The position numbers and the translations under genes were made by a program. Positions 38,908 through 50,021 of a stretch of DNA of 64,000 nucleotides are shown here, piece after piece. The stretch is from an uncultured Bacilli bacterium. Its GTDB lineage: Bacteria > Bacillota_I > Bacilli_A > RF39 > UBA660. The stretch spans positions 1 through 64,000 of the forward strand of contig CANQQV010000003.1 in NCBI GenBank assembly GCA_947626095.1, written 5' to 3'. The stretch's first letter is position 1, and every line of letters begins with the position of its first letter. The notes under the pieces are model-generated. The model worked only from the letters and a program-made list of their open reading frames with translations, made no database searches and was not told the origin of the DNA.

Positions 38908-40263
38908 CTACTCCAAAATATCATTGATATCATCAACAATCGTCTCATCGCTAACAATAACTATTATCGTATCATTAAGTCTTATTTCATCATTACCATT
39001 CGGAAATATTATATTTTTACCACGTAAAATAGCTGCAATTAAAACCCCATCTTTTAATTTCAAATCTTTTAATTTACTATTTGGTCTCGTAAAATCACCT
39101 TTAATTTTATATTCTAAGATATCAAAATTATCATCTTCTAATTTATATATTGACTCTGAACTACTCTGCTCACTGTTTTGCATCGCTTTTATATATCTTA
39201 TTATTTGATTAGAAGCTATTTTATGTGGTGTAATAACAGTACTTATTTTAGCTTGTTCTACAACGCCATCTAAATCGATATGATTAACTTTTGTAATAAT
39301 CTTTGGAATATTAAGACGTGAAGCAAACATTGAATAAACGATATTTTCTTCATCGATACTATTTAACGAAATAAAAGCATCACATTTTTCTATGCCCTCT
39401 TCATATAATAAATTTTGATCAGATACATCACCATTAATTATTAAAGCCTTTGGTAATACTTCACTTAAAAATTCACAACGTTCAGGATCTATTTCAATCA
39501 ACTTAACATCTATACCCATTTCATTAAGTAAACGCGCCAAATAAATAGCTGTATTAGATCCACCACTAATCATTACTTTCTTCGTCTTAGAAGCAATTAA
39601 ATTAGCATATTTTAAGAATTCATTAATATCTTTTGGTGTCCCTGTAATATGTAATTTATCACCTTCTAATATTTTCGTATTACCTTTTGGAATAATTAAC
39701 TTATCATCTCGTTTAATCGCACAAACTATAATATTAAAATTAAGTTTCTGTGCCAGATTATGAATTGTTTGTCCCGCTAAAATACTCTTTTCTTTAACAA
39801 TTAAAGAAATCATTTCAATACGTCCCTTAAAGAACGTTGTTACATCTAAAGCACTAGGAATACTTAAAATACGGGCAATATACTCTGCTGTCATTCTCTC
39901 TGGATTAATTGACATTGAAAGACCTAATTCATCTTTTAAAATATTTATTGAACTAGCATATTCTGGTGTACGAATACGTGCAATTGTCCTTTTAGCGCCT
40001 AACTTCTTACCTAAAAGTGAACACATAACATTCTGTTCATCTTTTTCCATTACACTAATTAAAATATCACATTCAGCTACTCTAGCTTCTTCTAAGACAT
40101 TCGAGTCTAAACCATTACCAATTATATAATTAACATCTTCATTATTAATAATATCTTGCGTTTTTATAAAATTCTTATCAATTAAAGTAACTTCGTTTTC
40201 TTTAACTAAATTTTTGGCTAAATACTCACCTAATTTACCTATACCTACGATTATTATTTTCAT
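38908..40263 (-). CDS. trkA: Trk potassium uptake regulatory protein
   Basis: Tandem RCK domains (IIIVGIGKLG, TIARIR, INPE). Confidence 0.93.
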   Translation of the reverse strand: MKIIIVGIGKLGEYLAKNLVKENEVTLIDKNFIKTQDIINNEDVNYIIGNGLDSNVLEEARVAECDILISVMEKDEQNVMCSLLGKKLGAKRTIARIRTPEYASSINILKDELGLSMSINPERMTAEYIARILSIPSALDVTTFFKGRIEMISLIVKEKSILAGQTIHNLAQKLNFNIIVCAIKRDDKLIIPKGNTKILEGDKLHITGTPKDINEFLKYANLIASKTKKVMISGGSNTAIYLARLLNEMGIDVKLIEIDPERCEFLSEVLPKALIINGDVSDQNLLYEEGIEKCDAFISLNSIDEENIVYSMFASRLNIPKIITKVNHIDLDGVVEQAKISTVITPHKIASNQIIRYIKAMQNSEQSSSESIYKLEDDNFDILEYKIKGDFTRPNSKLKDLKLKDGVLIAAILRGKNIIFPNGNDEIRLNDTIIVIVSDETIVDDINDILE

Positions 40264-40357
40264 CATAATCACCTAATCAATTATATCATCTTTTATCTTT
40301 TTAAACACCATATTTACATTAATATGCTATAATAAATAAGGAATTGGGGATGTCATA

Positions 40358-41140
40358 ATGATTGTTACAAGAACAGAAGACGAAATAAATAAATTAAGAG
40401 AAGCTGGTAGAATTGTCGGTTTAACTCATAAATACTTACAACAATTTATCAAACCTGGTATTAGTACCAAAGAATTAGATAGACTTGCTAAAGCTTTTAT
40501 CGAAAGTAAAGGTTGTACTTGCTCATTTGAAGGCCTATATGGTTTTCCTGGTAGTATTTGTATCAGCATTAATAACGAAGTCGTTCATGGTATTCCATCT
40601 CATCGTAAATTAAAAGAAGGCGATATTGTTAAATTAGATATCGGTGCTTGTTACCAAGGATATCATGGTGACTCAGCTTGGAGTTATATAGTTGGTAAAC
40701 CAAGAAGCAAAAAAGATGAAGATTTACTAAAATGGACTGAAGAATCACTAATGAATGGTTTAAAAGCTATTCATGACGGTTGTACCACTGGTGATATTGG
40801 CCATGCTGTTTTTAAAACTGCTCGTAAATATAATTTAGGTGTTGTAAGAGAACTAGTTGGTCATGGTGTTGGTGATAAAGTTCATATGGAACCAGATGTT
40901 CCTAACTATGGTACCGAAAAAAAAGGTCCTACTCTTCACACTGGCAATGTCATTGCTGTTGAACCAATGTTAAACTTAGGCACTGCTGATATCTATATGT
41001 TAGATGATAATTGGACTATCTGTACTGATGATGATAAAAATAGTGCTCATTTTGAACACACAGTCTTAGTTACCGATGATGGATACGAAATCTTAACTAG
41101 ACGAGATGTCGAACTAGATCCAGAGGATATCGTCAAATAA
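40358..41140 (+). CDS. map: Methionine aminopeptidase type I
   Basis: CISINNEVVHGIP, DIG..GYHGDSA, GHGVG, EPM and SAHFEHT. Confidence 0.96.
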   Translation: MIVTRTEDEINKLREAGRIVGLTHKYLQQFIKPGISTKELDRLAKAFIESKGCTCSFEGLYGFPGSICISINNEVVHGIPSHRKLKEGDIVKLDIGACYQGYHGDSAWSYIVGKPRSKKDEDLLKWTEESLMNGLKAIHDGCTTGDIGHAVFKTARKYNLGVVRELVGHGVGDKVHMEPDVPNYGTEKKGPTLHTGNVIAVEPMLNLGTADIYMLDDNWTICTDDDKNSAHFEHTVLVTDDGYEILTRRDVELDPEDIVK

Positions 41141-41158
41141 AAAGATGTAAAATAATTT

Positions 41159-42304
41159 TTACATTTTTTTCATTTGTTCTAAATCAACTACTTTATAATC
41201 ATTTATAATACTAGCTACTAGTTTTTCTGAAAAACCACTTAACCAAGTATAATATCTATTATTAAAAACAACTGGATATAAAGAACTTTCATTTAATTCT
41301 CTAATAATATCAGTAATATTTTCATTTTTATTTACTTTTTCATTTATCATAACTGCTAATTTATTTAGTATTTCAATAGCTTTAACTAAATCATCATTAG
41401 TCCATTTCATATTAAAATTCATATTAATAAACTCTAACATACTTGAAAATGAAAGTTGGTTCTTGATCAAATTAACTAAATAGATAAATATTTGATTTTG
41501 TAAATTAATATTTACTAATATATCTCTATTACCTTTAACTTCTCCACTCTCATAAAAAGGTCTTAATTTTCTTGCTCTAATTGGATGTCTTAAATGTTTT
41601 ATAGCTCTTGCTTCTATTCCTCTTTCTACTTCTAAAGAAACTCCTAAATCTTTAGCAACTTCTTCTCTTGTTTTAATTCCATCACCATCAAAACCGAAAC
41701 GAAGTTTTAATACTTTTTGCTCTTCTTCTCTTAATTCACCTATAATTGAAGAAACAACTTTTTTTAACATATGATAATCAGTAATTTCCGCAAAATCTTG
41801 TTCATATCCAACTAAATTTTCATCTTCATAATCATCAATCGCTTGATAATCATCCAAAGTCATTGGCATTTCAAAACGAGGATCACTTAAATCATCAACA
41901 ACTACAGATGACTCACTAACCATTTGTTCAATCGAAGAGATTTCCTCATTATCATAATTAACCCAACGAACTCCTAGCATTTCTTTAAAATATCTTTGGA
42001 TATTGTGTTTAATTGAACGAATAGCATAAGCTGAAAATTTAAAACCCTTAGTATAATCATAATTATTTACAGCAATTACTAAACCTTCTATTCCATACAT
42101 TTTAGCTTCATCATATGGTAAAGGAACATTACTAAAATAAGTTTTAAGACACCAATCAACTAACATAATATTCTCTTCAATTATTTGTTCTCTTATTTTT
42201 TCATATTCACGATCAAACTCACTCTTATTTTTAATTTCTTCTAATCTTTTAAATTGTTCACTATAATCAGCTTGAATTAAACTATTTATTACTTCATCTG
42301 CCAT
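41159..42304 (-). CDS. Atypical sigma-70-family factor (regions 2 and 4) with C-terminal extension
   Basis: GLVIAVNNYDYTKGFKFSAYA and VLKLRFG...TREEVAKDLGVS...IEARAIKHLRHP. Confidence 0.8.
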   Translation of the reverse strand: MADEVINSLIQADYSEQFKRLEEIKNKSEFDREYEKIREQIIEENIMLVDWCLKTYFSNVPLPYDEAKMYGIEGLVIAVNNYDYTKGFKFSAYAIRSIKHNIQRYFKEMLGVRWVNYDNEEISSIEQMVSESSVVVDDLSDPRFEMPMTLDDYQAIDDYEDENLVGYEQDFAEITDYHMLKKVVSSIIGELREEEQKVLKLRFGFDGDGIKTREEVAKDLGVSLEVERGIEARAIKHLRHPIRARKLRPFYESGEVKGNRDILVNINLQNQIFIYLVNLIKNQLSFSSMLEFINMNFNMKWTNDDLVKAIEILNKLAVMINEKVNKNENITDIIRELNESSLYPVVFNNRYYTWLSGFSEKLVASIINDYKVVDLEQMKKM

Positions 42305-42380
42305 GTGAATCCCCCTTTCTTATACAACATCATCATATCATTGATTTCAAAAATAGACAAATATTACTATTAATATTTGT

Positions 42381-44480
42381 CTATTTAAAATTAACTTTTA
42401 AAATGTTTCCTTCAGTATCATAGGTATAATCCGTTACATTACCATTACCATTTAACTCGTATTTTACTTTAATTAACTTACATAAAGTTAAAACCTCGTT
42501 ATAACTCCATCCCTTAATATTAGGTATATCATAAGAAGCACTATTAGTAACTAAATATAGTTTTTGTCCCGCTAATAAAGTCTTACCAGATAATGGATAT
42601 TGATTAACTATATACTTACCACTACCCAATTTAACTACATCTAAATTAAGTTTCTTTAACTTTTCTTCGACAACTGCATAATCACTATTAATATAATTAT
42701 CTATTGTAATAATCTTTGATTCATCTACTTTTTCAATCGATTTAGAAATATTCTTATATTTAGCTATCTCTTCAACTATACTTGTTATCATCTTTGCATA
42801 ATCTTTGTAATTACCGACAAATCTTTTAGCAGAAACATAAATTATATACTGTGGATCTTCATAAGGGAATACCCCCGCAAAACTACGAATATAATCATAC
42901 GTCCCATCTAAATACTTACCATCAGGTCCAGCTATTTGCGCTGTTCCTGTTTTACCAGCTATTACTATATTATCATTTTTATAATTACGAGCATCAGTAC
43001 GTCCACTATAAACAACATCATACATTAAAGATAACATCTTATCGACATTCTCTTTTGAAGCTTTTTGTCCTAACTCCGTTAATTGATGCTGATATACAAC
43101 ATCACCAGTATCACTATTAACAATCTTTTCAACTATATAAGGTTGAATTTCCATTCCTTCATTAGCTAATATTGATAAAGCCTGTAGATTTTGAATTGGT
43201 GTCGTTGTAATACCTTGACCAAAAGAAGCAGTAGCTAATTCTACACGATAAGTAATATCAATATCGCCAGCTCCCTCATTAGGTAGAGAAATACCCGTCT
43301 TACGTCCAAACCCTAAATTAGAGTAATAATTATATAACTCTTCACGTCCTAAATCTAAAGCCAAAGTTGTGGCCGCAACATTTGATGAATAAGCAAAACC
43401 AACATCAAAAGTTATATCACCCCATCCACGGCCACCATTAAAATCTTGAATAATAGCATTATCGACTTGTTTTCTACCTGAATGATACTTAGCACTACCA
43501 TCATACTTTCCTGCCTCCATTGAAGCTAAAAAAGAGAATATCTTCATCGTACTACCAGGTTCATACTGATAAGAAGTTAATGGATTTAAATAATCTTTAA
43601 CATCTAACTTATTTAAATTAAAACTAGGATCAGAACTTGAAGCTAAAATTGCGCCTGTCTTAGCATCCATAACAGAGACAGTTAACCAATCCATTTTATT
43701 ATTCTTAACTAATTCCTTAACTCCATTTTCCACATATAACTGAATATTACTATCAATCGTTAAATAAATATCTTCTCCAGCTTGAGCTGGTTCCGTAATC
43801 GTTGTAACATTTGGTAACGTATAACCATATGCATCCTTTTGATAAATTGTATAACCATCTTTACCTTGTAATTCCTCATCATAATAAGCTTCTATACCCA
43901 TCTTACCTGTAATTGGTGCTGAGGCATCATCAGGATCTCTAGAAGCAAAACCAACAATATATGGCGCAAAAGTACTTAATGGGTAATATCTCTTAGACGT
44001 TTCAATAAAATCAATTCCTGGTAAATGTAAAGCTTCTATTTGTTTTTTTATTAAAGAAGAAATATCACGACCACCTGGGCCTAATTCTACTTGATATACA
44101 TCACGATTAAGTAAATTTAATACCGTATCAACATCCATATTAATAATTGGGGCTAAAGCTTCAGCTGTCTTTTCTTTATCAACAACATGCTGTGGATTTT
44201 CTGGATCTTTAGTCCTCGTTGGTGATAAATAAGCTATAACTGTATAAGCATTAACATTTTGTGCTAGTATTTCCCCATCAACGGAATAAATACTACCCCT
44301 CTTAGCCTGTAATACTTCAGTCTCAGTATTTCTATTTTCCACAAATGCTGTTAAATCTATTCCATCCGTTTCTTTCGCCATTGAAACAAACGATAACTTT
44401 ATTACAATCGCAAAAAAAGAAAAAACTAACACAATAAAGACAAATATATTAACATTTATTGTGCTGTTTTTTCTTTTCAT
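42381..44480 (-). CDS. Division class B penicillin-binding protein (PBP2B/2X-like) with PASTA domains
   Basis: KRGSIY, EPGSTMK, YSSNV and GKTGTAQ, in mraZ-rsmH-ftsL context. Confidence 0.92.
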   Translation of the reverse strand: MKRKNSTINVNIFVFIVLVFSFFAIVIKLSFVSMAKETDGIDLTAFVENRNTETEVLQAKRGSIYSVDGEILAQNVNAYTVIAYLSPTRTKDPENPQHVVDKEKTAEALAPIINMDVDTVLNLLNRDVYQVELGPGGRDISSLIKKQIEALHLPGIDFIETSKRYYPLSTFAPYIVGFASRDPDDASAPITGKMGIEAYYDEELQGKDGYTIYQKDAYGYTLPNVTTITEPAQAGEDIYLTIDSNIQLYVENGVKELVKNNKMDWLTVSVMDAKTGAILASSSDPSFNLNKLDVKDYLNPLTSYQYEPGSTMKIFSFLASMEAGKYDGSAKYHSGRKQVDNAIIQDFNGGRGWGDITFDVGFAYSSNVAATTLALDLGREELYNYYSNLGFGRKTGISLPNEGAGDIDITYRVELATASFGQGITTTPIQNLQALSILANEGMEIQPYIVEKIVNSDTGDVVYQHQLTELGQKASKENVDKMLSLMYDVVYSGRTDARNYKNDNIVIAGKTGTAQIAGPDGKYLDGTYDYIRSFAGVFPYEDPQYIIYVSAKRFVGNYKDYAKMITSIVEEIAKYKNISKSIEKVDESKIITIDNYINSDYAVVEEKLKKLNLDVVKLGSGKYIVNQYPLSGKTLLAGQKLYLVTNSASYDIPNIKGWSYNEVLTLCKLIKVKYELNGNGNVTDYTYDTEGNILKVNFK

Positions 44481-44502
44481 AGTTCATTAACTCCTTGTAT
44501 TA

Positions 44503-44811
44503 CTATTCACTAGTAACAACTTTAATATTACTATTTTCGTAAGACAAACCGTTTTCGTTAGCTATAGCTTGAATCTTATCAAGAGAAGCTAATTCACTAA
44601 TTTCCATTTTTAAACCATCATTTATACTCTCTTGATCTTTTATCTTACTCTTAGTTTGCTCTAAAGCAATATTGCTAGATGATAGTATAGCTTTAGTATA
44701 AACGTTACAAATAGGAATTGCAAGTAGTATAAAAATTATTGTCAAGTAAATTATTTTTTCACTTTGAAATATTTTTCTCGCTTTCTTATTTTGTTTTTTA
44801 GCTTTTACCAT
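44503..44811 (-). CDS. ftsL: Cell division protein FtsL
   Basis: Basic N-terminus, TM and leucine zipper (EISELASLDKIQAIA), located between rsmH and the PBP gene. Confidence 0.85.
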   Translation of the reverse strand: MVKAKKQNKKARKIFQSEKIIYLTIIFILLAIPICNVYTKAILSSSNIALEQTKSKIKDQESINDGLKMEISELASLDKIQAIANENGLSYENSNIKVVTSE

Positions 44812-44815
44812 ACTA

Positions 44816-45739
44816 TCAAACCCTTTCAATTATTCTTAATTTAGCGCTTTTACTACGCGAATTTTCTTTTATTTCTTCTTCACTAGGTAATATCGGCTTT
44901 TTATTTATTAATTTAATCCTTGGTTTATATTCCAAAGGAATTTCAGGTAAGCCTTTAACTAGCTCGTTAATTTCACTTTCATTTTTAAATATCTGTTTAA
45001 CAATTCGATCCTCTAATGAATGGAATGTTATAACGGATATTCTTCCTTCTTTATTTAATAAATCAATTGCTTGTGGTAAAGCATCACTTAATACTGTAAG
45101 TTCTCCATTTACTTCAATTCTAATTGCTTGAAATATTTGTCTTTCTGGATGGAACTTATTAAAGTATTTGGCTCCCACCGCTTCTTCAATAATATGAACC
45201 AATTCTTTAGTTGTTGTAATTTCTTTTGTCAGTCTTTCACTAACTATTTTCTTAGCAATAAACTTTGACATCTTTTCTTCCCCATATAAGAAGAATATAT
45301 TACTAAGTTTTTCAATACTATACGTATTAACTATCTCTTTAGCTGTTAAACTACTAGATAAGTCCATACGCATATCTAAAGGAGCATCTTCCATAAAAGT
45401 AAATCCTCGATTCTTATCATCAATCTGTGGACTAGATAATCCCAAATCAAAGATAATACCATCAACTTGCTTTATTCCTAACTCCTCTAATCTATCTTTT
45501 AAATGAACAAAATTAGAATGAATAATTGTAAAATTCTTACTTATCTTAGATAATCTTTCTTCTGAAGATTTAATTGCTTCAATATCTTGATCAAAAGCAT
45601 ATAAGTGACCAGTAGTTAATCTTTTTAATATTTCACTACTATGTCCCCCATAACCTAAAGTAGCATCAACATAAATACCATCAGGTTTAATATTTAAACC
45701 TTCAATTGCTTCTTTAAGCAAAACACTATAATGTTTCAT
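44816..45739 (-). CDS. rsmH: 16S rRNA m4C1402 methyltransferase
   Basis: [39 protein letters not shown] and SAKLR. Confidence 0.97.
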   Translation of the reverse strand: MKHYSVLLKEAIEGLNIKPDGIYVDATLGYGGHSSEILKRLTTGHLYAFDQDIEAIKSSEERLSKISKNFTIIHSNFVHLKDRLEELGIKQVDGIIFDLGLSSPQIDDKNRGFTFMEDAPLDMRMDLSSSLTAKEIVNTYSIEKLSNIFFLYGEEKMSKFIAKKIVSERLTKEITTTKELVHIIEEAVGAKYFNKFHPERQIFQAIRIEVNGELTVLSDALPQAIDLLNKEGRISVITFHSLEDRIVKQIFKNESEINELVKGLPEIPLEYKPRIKLINKKPILPSEEEIKENSRSKSAKLRIIERV

Positions 45740-46172
45740 CTAGTGCACTTCCTATAAATAAGTTTTCCGCAATATCTTCAATTGTACTTTGATTTTCTAA
45801 GAAGAAATTATTCCATCCCTCTTCTGACCATATCTCAATACGGTCGTTCGCGCCGATAATTACACATTCTTTTGTAATATCGGCGTAACTAACCAATGGG
45901 GAGGTAATGTTAATTCGACCTTGACGGTCAAATTCACATTCAGTGGCACCAGAAAAGAAGAATCTGTCGAATGTACGGACGTCTTTTTTGGTAAAAGGTA
46001 GAGTTTTTAATTTGGCAACTGTTTTATTCCATTCGGTTTCAGAATATACATATAAGCATTTCTCCAAACCTCGAGTAATAATAAACTTATCACCGAGTTC
46101 AGTACGAAATTTGGCAGGAATTATAAGTCGTCCTTTATCATCAATGTTATGATGATACTCGCCCATAAACAT
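45726..46172 (-). CDS. mraZ: Transcriptional regulator MraZ
   Basis: [25 protein letters not shown] and DRIEIW. Confidence 0.96.
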   Translation of the reverse strand: MFMGEYHHNIDDKGRLIIPAKFRTELGDKFIITRGLEKCLYVYSETEWNKTVAKLKTLPFTKKDVRTFDRFFFSGATECEFDRQGRINITSPLVSYADITKECVIIGANDRIEIWSEEGWNNFFLENQSTIEDIAENLFIGSALDETL

Positions 46173-46183
46173 TTTAAAATCCC

Positions 46184-46240
46184 CCACTTTCCTCCACAAT
46201 GTACCACTGTCTACAATAATAATACTTTAAAATACCCCAC
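46184..46240 (-). promoter_or_regulatory. MraZ-binding GTGG repeats
   Basis: ccac at 46184, 46194 and 46204 (10-nt period), with a fourth at 46237. Confidence 0.8.
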
Positions 46241-46330
46241 TTGTAAACCTTTTTAAAAAAATCTCTAGAATATCAAATGTCAATTTACGTAAAGTAAAAG
46301 GCCAATAAAAAAAGCAGATTACTCTGCTTC

Positions 46331-47536
46331 CTACATCATTTTGCCTTTGGCACCTTTAGCTCCCTTAGTTCCATCAAAAGTACTTAAAACATTTGATTCA
46401 AAACTAGTTACTTTCTTCTTCGCTTGCTTATATTCTTTAACTGCACCCTTAATCATTTCATCTAATAACATTGGATACTTCTTACCTTTTGGTGTGAAGA
46501 AGAAGAAAGCCAAAGAACCAGGAATAGTATTAGGTTCATTAACATAAACCTTTTTAGCTTTATCATCAATTAAGAAATCAAAACGTGTAACTCCACTTAA
46601 ATTTAATGATCTAAATGCTTCTTTAGCATATTGGTATACGTGTTCTTCAACATCTTTATCTAATTGCGCTGGTATTTTAAAGCCACTACTACTTATCTTA
46701 CCACCATCATTGTTTTTAGCTCCTGTCTTCTTACTTCCACTTTTACCTAAATATTTATCAGCAAAAGTTAAGAAGTCATTTTCCGTCATCATTTCCCCAA
46801 TTAATGAACATTCCATATTTTCATAATTACCAACTACTGCACAATCAACTTCCTTTAAATTAGGAACCATCTTTTCCACGATAATCTTTTGATCATACTT
46901 AATTGCTTCATTAATTGCTTTAATAACTTCACTTTCTTTTTTGGCTACTTCAATACCAACACTACTACCTAAACGGGCTGGTTTAACAATTACTGGATAA
47001 CCAAGTTCTTTTATTTCTTTTAAGTATTTATCTTCATCATCTTGATACTCACTATCATAAAACCAAATATAGTCAACTACAGGAATCCCCGCTGCCGCCA
47101 TAACTTGTTTTTGCACTACTTTATCTTGTCCAATTGAAGAACCTAACATACTAGATCCAATATATGGAATACCTAATGTTTCTAAATATCCAGCTAAAGA
47201 GCCATCTTCAACCCCTTTACCATGAACAATTGGAAAAGCTACATCAATAGTTTCTACCATTCCTTTAAATAATCCTCTTTTTTTCTGTAAGACAAAAGAA
47301 TTATCTCTCTTCGTTAAAGTAACTTCTTTAGTTACATATTTAATTGAATCTAAATCTTTATAAGTATTCATACTTCTTAAAGCTTCACCAGTATACCAAT
47401 TATGATCTTTACTAATATATATTGGTACTATCTGATATTTTGTTGTATCCATATAATTCATGGCTTGAACAGCTGTTATAATACTTACTTCATGTTCAAC
47501 TGTTTCACCACCAAAGATAACACCTATTTTTAACAT
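46331..47536 (-). CDS. ddl: D-alanine--D-alanine ligase
   Basis: FGGETVEHEVS, HGKGVEDG, VKPARLGSSVGI and NEPNTIPGS. Confidence 0.92.
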   Translation of the reverse strand: MLKIGVIFGGETVEHEVSIITAVQAMNYMDTTKYQIVPIYISKDHNWYTGEALRSMNTYKDLDSIKYVTKEVTLTKRDNSFVLQKKRGLFKGMVETIDVAFPIVHGKGVEDGSLAGYLETLGIPYIGSSMLGSSIGQDKVVQKQVMAAAGIPVVDYIWFYDSEYQDDEDKYLKEIKELGYPVIVKPARLGSSVGIEVAKKESEVIKAINEAIKYDQKIIVEKMVPNLKEVDCAVVGNYENMECSLIGEMMTENDFLTFADKYLGKSGSKKTGAKNNDGGKISSSGFKIPAQLDKDVEEHVYQYAKEAFRSLNLSGVTRFDFLIDDKAKKVYVNEPNTIPGSLAFFFFTPKGKKYPMLLDEMIKGAVKEYKQAKKKVTSFESNVLSTFDGTKGAKGAKGKMM

Positions 47537-47548
47537 TTATCTCACTCC

Positions 47549-49150
47549 TTATTTTTCATTAAATGAATCTGGTAAATCATTTTCTAATAACGCATATGTT
47601 TCTTCACCTTTTAACTTCAACATTAATGGAAAAGCATCCATTACATCGTTTAAAACATGAATATGTTCATTAGGAAACTTCCCTTTCATTAATCCCTCAT
47701 AAATAGCTTTTGTTTTCTCTTTACCTATTAATATTACTTCGTCAACTTTACTAATACTTATTTCCATTCCAAATTCGCGATTAACTTCATCTTCTTTCGC
47801 CCCAACCTCAATCATTCCTGGAGTAACCACAATATGTTTACCAGGCATCATACTTAAGACTTCCAAAGCCATCTTACATCCCATTGGATTAGAATTATAA
47901 GCATCATCAATTAAATTTATATCATAATATTTACTCATTGATAAACGATGTTCTATTGGCATTACTAACTTCACTGCTTTTTGTAATTCTGTTACTTTCA
48001 TTCCTAAAGCCCTACCTAAAGTAATACCCGCTAAAATATTATAGATATTATTACGTCCTAATAACTTAGTTTCAAAAGCATATTCATTTTTATCATCTTT
48101 AAACTTAACTTTAAATTTTGTTCCCTTATAAGTTAATTCTAAGTCTTTCGCATAACAATCAACACGATGATTATCAATGCCTATCCAAAGTATATCACAA
48201 TCATTTTTAATATGATAGCTAAGTTGTTTCTCATCATCACCATTTAATATTCCAATTCCCTCACTAGGTAATGATTCAATTAATTCAAACTTAGTATTCA
48301 TAATCGCTTCTTCACTACCAAAAGTTTCTAAATGCGCCAAACCAATTCTCGTTAATATTCCATATTTAGGTTTAACTAAGTCACATAATTCTTTTATATC
48401 ACCCGTCTTACAAGCTCCCATCTCTGCTATAAAATAATCATTATATTTATCTAAATAATTATTAATCGTAACCATTAAACCATAAGGCGTATTATAATTC
48501 TGTGGTGTCTTATAAACGTTATATTTATGACTTAATATATCATATACAATATTCTTTGTACTTGTTTTACCATAACTACCCGTAATACCAATAACTTCCA
48601 TATTACTCATACTAGCTAACTTCTCTTTAGCTTGTTTTTCAAAATGTAACCCAACCATTCTTTCTACTGGTCGATTAATAAAATTATCTAACAATAAAAC
48701 AAAGTAATTAATAAATGATAAAATACCTAATACTAAATAATATATACTTTGATATTCTTCACTATAAGTTAAACAAATAACTATAATAGGAATCAAATAA
48801 ATAATTGCATTAGTTACCATTAATCTTTCAATACGTGCCGTATATTTAAGTGGTAATTTTGCTTTTTCTTTTCTTCTTTCATTAACAAAGACATAAGTTA
48901 AAAATAAAGTAATTATAATAAATAGATATGATGAGATATTGTTTAAAGTTTCACTAAAGATTCCAAAAACAAAAATAAAGAATAATAAGTTCAAATTAAG
49001 AAAATTATCTTTATAGTTTTTTATAATCCATTTAATATATCGATACCCTCTATTATATCTATTTTGTTGTAACATATGCAGACTTCTTGTACTAATAATA
49101 TTTATATGAATAAAATATATTATTAGCGAAATAATAAATAATAAACTCAT
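47549..49150 (-). CDS. murF: MurF ligase with N-terminal membrane domain
   Basis: N-terminal TMs, GITGSYGKTSTK, NYNTPYG, EMGA, HLETFG and DDAYNSNP. Confidence 0.85.
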   Translation of the reverse strand: MSLLFIISLIIYFIHINIISTRSLHMLQQNRYNRGYRYIKWIIKNYKDNFLNLNLLFFIFVFGIFSETLNNISSYLFIIITLFLTYVFVNERRKEKAKLPLKYTARIERLMVTNAIIYLIPIIVICLTYSEEYQSIYYLVLGILSFINYFVLLLDNFINRPVERMVGLHFEKQAKEKLASMSNMEVIGITGSYGKTSTKNIVYDILSHKYNVYKTPQNYNTPYGLMVTINNYLDKYNDYFIAEMGACKTGDIKELCDLVKPKYGILTRIGLAHLETFGSEEAIMNTKFELIESLPSEGIGILNGDDEKQLSYHIKNDCDILWIGIDNHRVDCYAKDLELTYKGTKFKVKFKDDKNEYAFETKLLGRNNIYNILAGITLGRALGMKVTELQKAVKLVMPIEHRLSMSKYYDINLIDDAYNSNPMGCKMALEVLSMMPGKHIVVTPGMIEVGAKEDEVNREFGMEISISKVDEVILIGKEKTKAIYEGLMKGKFPNEHIHVLNDVMDAFPLMLKLKGEETYALLENDLPDSFNEK

Positions 49151-49162
49151 CTTTTCACTTCC

Positions 49163-49891
49163 CTATTTAATAAAAGATTTAATAATTGAATTAGTTTGAC
49201 TAAGACGTTCTAAATAAGCATAATGCGTACATCCACTATAAACTGTTAAACCACTATCCGGTATTAATCTTTCTAATTCATACGCATCATCAACTGGTAC
49301 AGCATCATCATTATCGCCCCAAATAATAAAGGTTGGACATTTTATCTTTTTCGCTTCTTCCGTTAAATCTGTATTAACATGTTTAACTAATATATCACGC
49401 ATAATTGGTGAAGCATTTTTATAATCAGTTGAGCCAATATGACTTTTCATTTTATCAGCTATATTACTCATACCTGGTAATTTTTTTATTTGTTTTAACA
49501 TTCTCATTTTAAGTGATGGTTTTTTTATTTTTACTTTAAAAGGACTAGATAATAATATTAAACGTTTAACTGGATACTTAGATGCATATAATAAACTTAT
49601 TTTGCCACCAAATGAATGTCCTATTAAATTTGGTGTATCAACTTTTAAATGTTTAAGTAAAGCCTTAAGCATTTCTACATATTCATCTAAAGTCCAAGCC
49701 TCAGTTGGTTCTGAAGATTCTCCAAAACCTGGTAAATCCAAAATAATTAAACGATGAGTATCAACAAATGGTTTCGCTATCGGTTCCATCATCGCAATAT
49801 TCTGTCCCCAACCATGTAAATAAACAATCGGACTTTTATCTTTATCACCAAAGTCTTTATAGTTAACCCTAACATCTTTATATTTAAACAT
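49163..49891 (-). CDS. Alpha/beta hydrolase
   Basis: LHGWG, DLPGFG, GHSFG, WGDNDDAVP and THYAY. Confidence 0.92.
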   Translation of the reverse strand: MFKYKDVRVNYKDFGDKDKSPIVYLHGWGQNIAMMEPIAKPFVDTHRLIILDLPGFGESSEPTEAWTLDEYVEMLKALLKHLKVDTPNLIGHSFGGKISLLYASKYPVKRLILLSSPFKVKIKKPSLKMRMLKQIKKLPGMSNIADKMKSHIGSTDYKNASPIMRDILVKHVNTDLTEEAKKIKCPTFIIWGDNDDAVPVDDAYELERLIPDSGLTVYSGCTHYAYLERLSQTNSIIKSFIK

Positions 49892-50021
49892 CTAAATCAC
49901 CTTGTTAATTTCTATGAAGAAGAAAACTCCTTTATACATAATATTTTATCATATATAAAAAAAGTTGGTATTAATTTGCACAATTTTGACAATATTTTAT
50001 GACAAGAAAAAAAGCTTATCA

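Noticed and set aside
46740-46790. Ddl omega loop checked for D-Ala-D-Lac (vancomycin-resistance) specificity
   Set aside because: The loop reads FLTFADKY and keeps the Tyr typical of D-Ala-D-Ala ligases. No van genes are nearby.
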